Positions 30,011 to 41,608 of a DNA stretch of 64,000 nt are shown piece after piece. Position 1 is the stretch's first letter. Each line of letters opens with the position of its first letter. Position numbers and translations under genes: made by a program. A model generated the notes under the pieces. That model was not told the origin of the DNA and searched no databases. It saw nothing but the letters and a program-made list of their open reading frames with translations. The DNA is from the human T2T-CHM13v2.0 reference genome, Homo sapiens, in NCBI RefSeq assembly GCF_009914755.1, contig NC_060947.1. One strand, written 5' to 3'.

Positions 30011-31565
30011 AGGTCCTTCTGTGAACCTCTGAGACTTGCTGGCTTCAGGTTAGACTTAGCATATTCCCAGCTATGGTGGCTATGGAATAAAACTCCTTCT
30101 GCTTACGAAAAACAGAGGGAAACGTAAAGGGGAGTTTATCTTACATCTTAGGTACCAGCATGGCCACAGGAGAGTAGAGCACCAAATGGGCCCTTGGAGC
30201 CCCTGATTCTAGTACTTGGCTCTTAGACAGCATTTCTGGACCTGCCCTGGACCAGAGGAGACCCCACTGTTCTGAAGATTGAGTCCCTGGCTTGGCAGCA
30301 TTTACTACAAGCTGATTTAAGAGCCCTTGAGTGTTAAGGGAACATTGATGGTATTCCTAATAGATAATCTGTCACTAATCCCTGTGGCCTGAAGTGGCAC
30401 TGGCTATGGGATGAGGTTCCTCTGCCTTCAGAAAGGGGAGGGAAGAGTATGAAGAACTTCATCTTGTGGTTTGAGTGCAAAGTCAGCCACAGTACAATAG
30501 AACACCAGGTAGTCTCTGACTCCCAGATGGCACCTCTAGACCCACCTGGGGCCTGAGGCAACTTGCTATCCTGAAGGGAAGGACACAGGCCTCGCGTCTT
30601 TGCCACCTGTTGATTGTAGAGCCCCAGGGCCTTAAATGAACATAGGTCAAAGCCAGAGAGTTGTTGGAGCAGGCCTTGTGTGAGGCCCAGTGCTGTGCAG
30701 GCTTCAGGTCTGACCCAGGGCGCTCATACTGGCGGTGGCCACAAGGATGCTTGTGCCACTCCACTCCCAGCTTAGGTGGCTCAGAACAGAGAAAGTGACT
30801 CTGTTTGTTTGTGAGACAGTAAGGGACAAAAACAAAAGTCTCTGCCTCGTAATCCAGAGAATTATTGATTTGTCCAAGACCTTCAAGGTGGTACCTCTAT
30901 GACTCTGCAAGGACCACAGTATTACTGATCTTGGGATGCCCCTAAATAAGACAAAGCTTAGAACACAACACCTAAGTCTTTGCAAATATCTGGAAAACTT
31001 TCTCAAGAAGGACAGGTACAAACAAGCCCAGACAATGGAGACAAAAATAAATACATACCTCTTCAACGCCCAGACACCGAAGAACATCTACTAGTATTAA
31101 CATCATCCAAGAAAACATGACCGCACTAAATGAACTAAACAAGCTATCAGGGACCAGTCCTGGAGAAACAGACATATGTGACCTTCTAGACAGAGAATTC
31201 AAAATAGCTGTGTTGAGGAAACTCAAATTCAAGATAACACAGAGAAGGAATTCAGAATTCTATCAGCTAAATTTAACAAAGAGTTTAAAATAATTAAAAT
31301 GAATCAGGGAGAAATTCTGGAGCTGGAAAAAAAGGAATTTGCATGCTAAAGAAAACATCAGAGTCCTTTAGTAACAGGATTTATCAAGCAATAGAAAGAA
31401 GTAGCGAGCTTGAAGACAGGCTGTTTTAAAATACACAGTCAAAGGAGACAAAAGAAAAAGACAAAAAAAAAAAAAAAAAGGAAAACAATGAAGCATGCCT
31501 ACATGATCCAGAAAACAGCCTCAAAAGAGCAAATCTAAGAGTCATTGCCCTTAAAGTGGAGGTAA

Positions 31566-31905
31566 TAAGACAGCCAAGTGTAAAGGGGTTCCCAGAAAAA
31601 CCCCAACCTGCCTGTGCACTGAGAGTGCACACTAGGGTGGAGCCACAGAAGTTCTCATAATTTGCACGTGGGGAGAGGCCTGGCCCCTTCTCTTCCTGGG
31701 TGGAACCTAGAATTCAATCTGCAAGGTGGGAAGCACATACTAGCAGGACTCTCACTCTGCTGAGGATCCCTGTTTTCCCTCTTTTTTCTTTTTGCCCAGT
31801 AAATTCCATTTTTCTCACCTTTCAAAGTGTCTGCGAGCCTAATATTTCATGGCTTTGTGACAAGGATCCTGTCTTTAGCTGAGCTAAGGAGAAAGTCCTA
31901 CAACA
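31566..31905 (+). mobile_element. ERV1 solo LTR, MER61A-like
   Basis: 't(a)agacagccaagtg...ggtggagccacagaagttc...ctgagctaaggagaaagtcctacaaca'. 4-bp TSD gtaa/gtag, inserted within L1 ORF1. Confidence 0.75.
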
Positions 31906-33084
31906 GTAGAGAAAAATATGAGAAAGTTTATTCAAAGGAATAATAACAGAGAACTTCCCAAACCTAGAAAAAGATATCAATATCCAAGTATAAGAAGGTT
32001 GTAGAACACCAAGCAGAAATAACCCAAAGAAGGCTATCTCAAGACATTTAATAATCAAACTCTCAAACCTGAAGGATAAAGAACGGATTCTGAAAGCAGC
32101 AAGAGAAAAGAAACAAGTAACATACGATGGAGCTCCAATACATCTGACAGCAGGCTTTTCAGCAGATATCTTACAGGCCAGGAAAGAGTGGCATGACATA
32201 TTTAAAGTGCTGAAGGCAAACAACATTTACCTACAATAGTATGTCTGGCAAAAACTGGAGAGCATTATATTATGTGAAATAAGCCAGGCACAGAAGGACA
32301 AACATCACATGTTCTCACTTATTTGTGGAATCCAAAAATCCAAACAATCAAACTCCTGGAGATAGAGAGTACTAGGATGATTACCAGAGGCTAGAATGGG
32401 TAGTGGTCGGGGAGGATGTGGGGGAAAATGCAGATATTAATAGGTACAAAAAATAGTTAGAAGAATGAATAAGACCTAGTATTTGATAGCACAACAGGGT
32501 GACTATAGTCAAGAATAACTTAACTGTACATTTTTAAATAGCTGAAAGAGTACAACTGGATAGTTTGTAATACACAGAGTAAGTGTTTGAGGGGATGGAT
32601 ACCCCATTATTCATAATGTACATATTTCACATTGTATGCCTATATCAAAACATCTCATGTACCCCATAAATATATAGACTTACTATGCATCCACAACAAA
32701 TACAAATAAAAAAATAAAATTCTTGCAGACATGAAGGGGCTTAGTACATATTAATTTAGTAATGATTATGTCTTAATGCTTATTACTGCCTATTGAATAT
32801 CCAGGGAAAGCAAATCATATGAAGCTAACAAATTTGAAAAACTCAGTTTCAAGAAGAATGTATTTTCAAAAGGCCTACCCTCACTTATAGTTTCAGAGGT
32901 TTCTCCATACCCTGGAAATTTGTGTTTAACTGCCATTCTTAAACAGTAGTCCTCATTCTTTCATTCTCTTCCTGGTGTTCTGGCAGCATACTTATTTTTA
33001 ATCCTTGAGCCCACTACCCCTTTACTTATGCCTTTATGCCATAAAGCATTTAAAGCAACATGAACGTTGCTTTAATTTTATGAA

Positions 33085-33560
33085 TTAAGATGTTCGTAGC
33101 TGCAACAAAGGAAACCTAACTCATTTTTAAAAGGTTTCTTCTCACAGTCAAGAAGACCCCAGGTAATGAGATTCCACATTGCTTAATTCAGCAAATTCAC
33201 ATCATACATGCCCTGATATTTTAAATATTCTGCTGTCCCATCCTTAACTTGCCAGCTTGTCCTTAATTTAGTCTCCTTAAACTGCAGGATAGATGCTGTG
33301 ATTCCAAGTGTCTCATGTGGACGTGACAACATACAATGGAAGAAGATAAACTATATCTCTTTTTAACAGTGGGTGAAATTTTCCCAGAAGCCCTCCCTCT
33401 CAGGGGATATTTCTTCAATTCTCATCTGCTATAATTGGATAAAATATTTCTGCCTAGATAAATTCCTGGCAAGGAGAATGGGACTGCCATAATTGACTTA
33501 ATCCAAATATAGATTATCTTCTGAAGTGGAGAATGGTTTCCTCTGCCCTTTTTATGAAGC
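33085..33560 (-). mobile_element. Old MaLR LTR (MLT1-like)
   Basis: 'tagctgcaacaaaggaaacctaactc...ttttcccagaagcccc...ggcaaggagaatgggact'. Approximate. Confidence 0.45.
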
Positions 33561-33604
33561 ATGTGGTCACATGGAGGAAGTTGGCAAATTGAAAAAAATA
33601 TATA

Positions 33605-35960
33605 TTGGGAGAAAACACCTGAAAATTACATATCTGATAAAGGATATGCAACCAGAATCCATAGAGAACTCTCAAAACTCGATAATAAGAAAATAGAAAA
33701 TGCAAATTTTAAAATGGACATATGATTTTTATAGATACTTCACCAAAGACGGCACACAAGTGGCTAATAAGCATAGAAAAACCTCAAACATCATTATTCA
33801 TCAAGAAAATGTACATAAAAACCACAATAAGATACCCCTGCACATCTATAAGAATGGAAATTTTTGGTAAAACTGTCTGCAACAAGGTTGGAGAAGATAT
33901 AAAGCATCTGAACTCTCTTATATAATGCTAGAAGAAAACAGAAAATGGCACAATTATTTTAGAAAAGTTTGGCAACCTTGTTAAAAGCTAAACATAAACC
34001 AACTGTATTATCCATACTCAGTGTTTACCCAGGAAAAAAGAAAACATACTCCACACAAAAACTTGCACAGGATCCACAGCAGCTCCATTTGTAAATCCCA
34101 ACTGGAAGCCCCTCAAATGTCCATCAATAGATGAATATGTAAATAAAGTGTGGTGCACTCATACAAGGGGATACTACTAAGCCATAAATACAAATGAACG
34201 GTTGATATATGCAAAAAAATGGATAAATTTCAAAATGATCATGCTAAGGAAAGAAGACACAAGGCTACAAACTGATCCCATTTATATAAAATTCTGCAAT
34301 CTATGCTGACAGAAAGATCAGTGCCTGCCTGGTAACAGGAGCTAGGGAATGTGAAAGGGGCAAGAAAGGAAAAAAGGTAAGGATTACAAGGAGCATAGAG
34401 AAATTTTGTGGGGTGATGGATATATTTAGTTTCTTGATTGTGGTAATGGTCTTATGAGTATATATACAAATTAAAATGTATCACATTTTATAATTTAAAT
34501 AGGTAGTTATTTGTATGATAATTCTTCCTTTGTCAAACTGTCAAAAAAGAAATACAGGTAAATATTCAACTCATGAAGGACTTTCTAAACAAGATATTAA
34601 AGAAGATAAATCATAAGAGACATAACCAATAAAATGGAATACATGAAGTTAATACCCATCACTCATTATAAAACACATAGACAAAATTAATATAGTACAT
34701 AAATCCCAAACTAGAAAACTGTTTACAACATATACACTGAAATTATAATATTCCTAATAAATAACCATTACAAATCAGATTTGATTTTTAAGGAAATAGA
34801 TACACAATAGAAAAATTCAAAAGAAAATAGGAAATGAGCAAGCAATTCACAAAAGAATAAATAATGATGACAATACATGTTTTAAAAATGTTCAAATTCA
34901 GTAGTAATCCAGAAAATGCAATTAAATAATTTTCTTCTGTAAGATTGACAGATGTAAAAAAGAATGATAATGCACATTCTGTTAGACTTATTTTTTTCAA
35001 TTTCTTTAATTGTTGAGTATCATATAGATTTGAAAAATCACAATGTGTTATTGACATGAAATGGTAATCAGGACAATTGTTAAGTAGAAAATAAGGTTCC
35101 AAATCTACTCATGCACATATACACACACAAACATGTAAAAATGCAGAGGATAAAGAATAAAATTGCATTGATATTTGTATGTGCAGTTTCTATTTTCTTG
35201 TTTATGATATTTGTATTTTATTATTGTGAAAGTTCTGATCACACACACATTTACATATATATATTCACGTACAAATAAAGACTATTTTTAGCAAGGGAAA
35301 TAAACTACTACAGAACATTTATGGAATGATGCTATTTTGAAATCAACAGCATCTGTAGAGATTAGAGATAAACAGAGAGGGAGGATGAGAAGGAGACTAT
35401 GTCTGTATATTAACAAAATTCTTAACACTGCTATCTCCTTATAGTGGGATTCTAACTAATATGTTTGATTATCTATGTTTTCTATATTTTGTGTAATGAT
35501 CATGGGTTACTTGTGTTATTAAAAGTAAAAGATCAAAATCACACGGTAAAAAAAAAATCTAGGCAAAGGACACAAACGGGCAATTCATTTAAAAAAGACA
35601 TGTAGCTGACTGATCGATATTTGTAAAAATAATGAGTTATTTTATAACCAGTAAAATAAATGTCATTTAAAAAACAGTGGGTTGTTATCCAACTAGAAAA
35701 TTGGCAGAGTATTTTTAATAACATTTTTGTTAGATATTAAATAAAAAATAAGCACATACACATTGTTAGTGGAGATATAAATGAGTACTTCCTTTCTGGA
35801 AGGCAACACTGCAGTAAGTGTATCAAAATACTTTTGCTCACTGGCTGTGAACTTCTAGTTCAAGGAATTCATCATAAATAAATAATTAAGCAAGTTAACA
35901 AAGATACAACTACAGTGCCATTTAATGCATTTTTTAATTAAATCAAAATAGTACAGACAA
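33605..35960 (+). mobile_element. Old L1MC/L1ME ORF2-end and 3'UTR fragments
   Basis: 'catatctgataaaggat...aaaaccacaataagatacc...caaatgtccatcaatagatgaat...ggggtgatggatatatt'. Several fragments merged here. Confidence 0.7.
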
Positions 35961-36309
35961 CTTTGTAGCCTACATTATTTGTGTCTGTTCAGCCCTCATA
36001 CTTCCTTTGGGAAGCTGTTTATTTTCCCTTCTTTGAGGAGCTATAATGATACATCTTCCCTGTCTTGGCCATAGGGACACTCACATGACCCAAGCTATTT
36101 TTTGATTTTCATTGCTTGAACCTCTTTATTTTCTGGACCTCTTTATGTGGGAGATCCCCAGATATCAGTCCTAATAACTTCTATTTTTACACTTACTCAG
36201 TTGAGAAGATTTATGAGGACTGTGAAGTTGAAACAGACTGAGTAAAGGAAGATATCTAGAAGATGAAGTCAAGAGAGGTAGCTGGGAGACCAGATCAATG
36301 GGACCTTAT

Positions 36310-37360
36310 TTTCAACCCCTCCAAGGGAAATCTGTTCTCTCAGTCTTCTCCATGTTAGTAAATGACAACTGCATTTTTCCAATTGGTAGGGCCAAAAATC
36401 TTATGACCAGTCTTTGCTCCTCTCTCTCTTTCACATCCCACATTAAAACTATGAGAAAATCTTGATTTTTGTCTTCCATAATCTGACCATTTCTCAACAC
36501 TGCTTTTAACTTGGTCCAAGTAACCAAGGACTAGTGGAAGAAACTTTCTAATTAATCTCTTTGATTCTTTTTCAGCTTCTAACAGTTTGTTCTAAATCTC
36601 ACTCAGAATAAAGCCCAAATTCCTTTCCGTAGTTTCTTCCTGATCTGGCTTTCTACCACCTCTCTGATCTCATCTCACACCATTCTTCCCACTCTCAGTT
36701 GGCTTGATTATGTTTTTGACTTGACTTTCTGGAGTATATTTTCCAAATAGCACATGCAGTAATTCTTTAAATCAAAAATCTGATTGTATTAACTTTTGGC
36801 TTGAAACATTTCAATGACTTCCAAACACATTTAAAACTAAATCCAAAGTCATTAATAAAGCCTGTAGGGCCCCATTGATCTGATTCCCCAGCTACCTTTC
36901 TGACCTCATTTCCCAGCTATCTTTCCTTACACTGTTCCAACTTCACTGACCTCCTTGCTGTTCCTCAAACATGTCAGTCTTATTTCCATTTCAGAGCCTT
37001 TGCACTTCCTATTTCCCCTGTCTGAAATTATCTACCCTTGTAAGTCCACCTGGCTTATGCCATACTTTTTTTCAGTTTTTTGCTCAAATATTACCTAACT
37101 GAAGAAATCTTCCTTGACTATGTGAAGTAAAATAGCAGCCTCTGTCACTGCCTATTCCATTTACTCTGTTCCATTTTTCTAAAAAGCACTTATCACCATC
37201 AGACTTAGCAAATATTTTATTTATTTATCTTTTTATATCCTCTCCTATTTGACTACTAAAATGTAAACTCCTAAACGAAAAGACATTAAGGGTTGTGTTC
37301 ATTCCTAGAGTACTGACTGTTATAAGTATTCCATATTTATTTAAAAAATATATGAATGTC
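36310..37360 (+). mobile_element. L2 LINE 3' region
   Basis: 'cactgacctccttgctgttcctcaaacatg...cagagcctttgcacttcct'. Confidence 0.7.
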
Positions 37361-37727
37361 TCCATTTTTATTATAAATATAGATATAAGTATGAATAGAT
37401 CATATGGCTAGAAGGGGGAAGTATATATATATATTAAGATATTAAAATGTGATTATCTCTGTATGGTAGAATTGTGGGTAATTTTTATTTTCTAATTTTT
37501 CTTATTTATAGTTTCTAAGTTGGCTACACCAAATGCACTATGTTGGAAAGAAAAGGAATCATTAAATTATAATTATGAAAGAAACACTACTGAGTCATAC
37601 AAATAGCTTGAATGTATTTCACCATGCTGCATTTTATAAAGAACAAAAGCCTTATTCTTATCACAACTGTTCTGATTTTTAACATATGTTGGAAAAGAGG
37701 AGACTGTCATCACTTCCTTTACCCAAC

Positions 37728-38208
37728 TGCCAAAGAGAAACCAAAGCTGCACAGAAAAGTGGTAAAACACAGATGTATTTGGGAACTAACGCAATAGGGG
37801 GAAAGAGACTTCAATATAGAACTGGCATCTATTCCAAATATAGCACTGGACAAGTGGAGATTTATAGCCAAAAAGCAGGGTGACAATTAGTGAATAAAAA
37901 AATTCCTAAGAAGAAACATCAGGAGTTGGTGGGGCAGGTGCTGGCTAAAGAGATCTAATAGAATTTTTGGTAAAGACAGGCCAAGGTGATCAGATATCAC
38001 ATAGGGAATTATGGGGGATGAGGGTATATTTGATAAGATATTGAAAGTGATCAGATACTGAGGGTGGAGGATTCTCACTAAACCGATTTAGCAAGATTGT
38101 TGCTACAACTGAGTGATGCAGGTCAGACAAGCATGGATGCCAAGGTCTAATCCTAGAGGGTTTAGAGGAGCCTAACTAGAGTTTGTTAAAGAAGAGCACC
38201 TTTGTTAC
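37728..38208 (-). mobile_element. ERV1 solo LTR, MER31/MER67-like
   Basis: Minus strand reads 'acaaactctagttaggctcctctaaaccctc...gctaaatcggtttagtgagaatcctccaccctcagtatctgatcac'. Confidence 0.65.
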
Positions 38209-38287
38209 ACCCCAATATTTAATTTTGTTCCCCCAAAAGGATGGGAGGAATAATGTGCAGTATAATGAGGATTCATGATTGTGGAAT

Positions 38288-38870
38288 ATATTAGTTTTAT
38301 ATTTCTGTGTAACAAATTACCACAAACTTAGAGGTATAAAAGAACATCCATGTATTATGTCACTATTTCCATGGGTTATGAGTTCAGAATATTTTAGCTG
38401 AGTTCTCTGCACACGACCTCACAAGGCTGAAATCTAATGTTAGCCATGTGTGTCCTCTGCAAGCTTGGTTGGGCGAATATCTGTTTCCAAGCTTCCTTAG
38501 GTTTTTTGTAGAATTAATTTCCATTGTAGTTGTAATATTGAGGTACTTTTTTTTTTTTTTTGCTGGCAGTAGATTGAAGACCACCCTTAGCACTTAGGAC
38601 ACTCTCAAATCCTTGCTGTAGGATCTGTTCAAGAGGCTCTCACACTTCAAATCTCTCTCACTAAGAAGAGCCCTAAAGAACACTTGACCTTATATCAGGC
38701 CCACCTTGTAATCTTCTATCTTAAATCAAGTGATTTAGTACTTAAATTATATCTGTAAATTAAATTTACATCAGCACTTATGTTAGTGTCTAAGTAACTG
38801 TACGAAAGTATGTTAACAACAGGAGAAAGAATCTTGGGGGTCATCTCAAAATTGTTCTGACTATATGAAA
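38288..38870 (-). mobile_element. MLT1 (D/E-like) LTR
   Basis: 'tattagtttt...tgtgtaacaaattaccacaaacttag...tcacaaggctgaaatc'. Confidence 0.7.
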
Positions 38871-38969
38871 GTTAGTAAAATTCGTAATTGCCTGATGCTT
38901 AGAAAGAGTGGCTCACAGTTAAGGTACTTCTCTTTTTGTTAGTTGTCGGGCACTCATTTTCTTTTAAAT

Positions 38970-39668
38970 ATTCATATTCTGAATGGGGACAATGTGGCCC
39001 CCATTGGTAAAAATTGGTTTTAGGGGGCAGGGGGAAAATCTTAGATATTACAATGATTTGGGCCTTCCAAAGCTCTACTTGACAAAATTTTATTCCTTAG
39101 AATTTAGTTTATCTTATTAAGAAAAATTTAAATTTAACTTAATATAATTCATTTATTGAATTAATTTTATTAGTTTATATAGAACTTGAATTTTTTTATA
39201 TTTTTTTAGCTAGAGATATGTTTAATGTTTTAAGAAACTGCCAAACTATTTTCCAAAGTGGTTCTACCATTTCACACTCTTACCAACAATGCGTGAGAGT
39301 TCTGGTTGCTCCATATCCCCACCAACATTAATTCTTTTTACTGATTCTATTGGGCACTTAGTGGTATTTTGTTATTTTAACTTTTAATTTTTTAAATTTA
39401 TTTTACTTTAAGTTCTGAGATACATGTGCAGAACATGCAGGTTTGTTACATAGGTATACATGTGCCAGTGTGATTTGCTGCACCCATCAACCCGTCATCT
39501 ACATTAGGTATTTCTCCTAATGCTCTCCCTCCCTTTGCCCCCCACCCCCCGACAGGCCCTGGTGTGTGATGTACCCCTCCCTGTGCCCATATGTTCTCAT
39601 TGCAGAATTTGAATTTTATTCAATTTCCCCTTGGAGGATAATAATAAAACAAGGTTGAGAAACACAGC
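38970..39668 (+). mobile_element. hAT MITE (MER96B/MER20B-like), split by an L1 insertion
   Basis: 'ctgaatggggacaat...aaaattggtttt...aaaatcttagatattacaatg' and terminal 'aaggttgagaaacac'. Confidence 0.5.
39195..39603 (-). mobile_element. Short L1PA (L1PA7-like) 3' end plus ~175 bp 3' transduction
   Basis: L1PA 3'UTR 39382-39602, extra segment 39208-39381, second poly(A) at 39195-39207. TSD agaacttgaatttt (39181-39194) / agaatttgaatttt (39604-39617). Confidence 0.8.
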
Positions 39669-40569
39669 TTTTATAAGACAACTCTGTATACTGATTTCTG
39701 GAACTGTCCCAGTTGCCTCTGTAGCTTTTCTACTTGCACAGTGAGAGAAAAGTCACTTGCTGCCAGGACTACTAAATGGATGTATCATGATAACTTAAAT
39801 ATCCTTAAACATTGGTCAATTAGTTTTTTCATCTGCTGAAAACTTCAATTATAACCTCAGCAGAAGAATTCAAGAACACAATATCAAAACTATTAGAAGC
39901 CAAAAGAATCTGATCTATCTTTGAATTGTCCATAAACTAAAAATAACTATTTCCTTAAGGTTTAAATAATAAATTGTTTCCCTGGGATACGAAAATTTAG
40001 GTGTTCTATACATATGTATCATGAGGTTTAAAATTGGTTATATCTTTTTCCCAGAGCAGTAATTTCAATTCTAGTAATTTATTCTAAGGGAAATTTTAGA
40101 CGTACAAAGATTTATGTAGAAACATATTTATTTCAACCTCATTTATAATAGAAAAGTGTACAGAAATAGGGATATGGTTCAATATATTCTACATCCATAC
40201 AATGATATATTAATCTAACATTAAAAATGGTGTTTACAGTGTTGTAGAAAGATATTGGGAAATGCTCAAGATATACTAAGAAAAAAAAAGAGATTGCAAA
40301 AATTCTAAGTACTGTTTTACCTTTATATTATTTTATATGCATATACATAGAAATGAAAACAGATATAGTAGTGTCATTATGAGTAATTTTATTTTATTTC
40401 ATTTATTGTGTATATTTGTATTTTAAACATTTCTCATAATGTAAATGTATTGTTTTTATAATTAGTAAAAGAAACCTTCCAAAATATGAGGAGTCCTAAG
40501 TTAAGAAATGATATAACTTCAGCATTCTCATTAAACGAACACAGAGGCTCATATTATCCAGTTAAGCAC

Positions 40570-41570
40570 TGTCTTCTGCTCTTTATTGCTGTCATCCACC
40601 AACTTCTACTTGTTAATTGAAACTTTTAATTCCTGGATTGCTGTCTACTTCATTCCAAGACTCATTATCATGTCAAGGAAATTCAGTATCCGAGACGATT
40701 ACCCATGCAATAACTTGATTTCTCAGTTAATTTACGTTCTTAGCTCCAACAACATTTATCACCAAGCAACCACAGCCAGCCCCTCCCATGGTCACATTTT
40801 AGATCTTGTTACCTTTTGTAATTGTGTCACTTTTAAAACTATAATTTCCTGAATTTCCCTCTCTGACCTCCTATACTTCTGGAACACTTACTCTAGAACA
40901 TAATATGATGACTCTTTTACCTTATTGAAACCTCCAGATTATTAACCTCTATAGACGTTTGGTCAAATCCCATTTGTAGGTGAAGCGAATACTGCCTCTC
41001 CGTATTTGCATTTAACTAGATAAATGTTATTGAAAAGTGTATACATATTTACTGATTGTTCCATATTTTATGTTTAAAATGTCAAAATGGTATTCAGCAC
41101 TGCCTAGAAATCCTAGTGTGTTTCCTTACTAGGTTCACGTTGTCATTCCTTCAGACAACTATTACATACCTTCTTCTCAAATCACTCCCCCATACCCCAC
41201 ACTTAACTGATAACCTCACATCATTGAGAAAAGAGATGCCATCAGATATAAGGTCATCTATTAAATCTGATATATCCCTCTTCTTACCAACATTTAATTT
41301 ACAGAACTACTTGCATCTAATTCATGGCCACTCACTTTCCATCAAGCTTATTTTCTGAGTTTCAGTTCCTTGTGTCTGCTCAGCTTTCCCCCATCTCCAC
41401 TGCATCATCAACCCTACTTCTCACTGGATCATCATCATTAGGATACAAGAACATTTTAATAGCCCCTCTGTTACAATACATAATGACAGTTGTTCTTTAA
41501 GCCCCGAAGCTAACACAGTATTTCTCTGTTCCTTTCAATAGCCAAAAATCTGAACAGAGTTTTCCCATAA
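40570..41570 (+). mobile_element. L2 LINE internal fragments
   Basis: 'ccagcccctcccatggtcacattttagatcttgtt' (L2 ORF2-like HGHILDLV) plus pyrimidine-rich L2 text. Confidence 0.55.
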
Positions 41571-41608
41571 GTAAGGAAAGCCCTGACATTACCAGAGTTG
41601 GTTTAGAC

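Larger units (their letters stand above)
28711..32716 (+). mobile_element. L1MA2/3-like LINE with 5'UTR and ORF1 region joined to the ORF2 terminus and 3'UTR; hosts two LTRs
   Basis: L1M 5' end ('agagcaaaatagcagaatagaa...ggacaccaatttaacaac'), ORF1 remnants 31100-32250, then L1MA 3'UTR 32255-32716. Degenerate TSD aaaaccttgcagatatg (28694-28710) / aaattcttgcagacatg (32717-32733). Confidence 0.85.
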
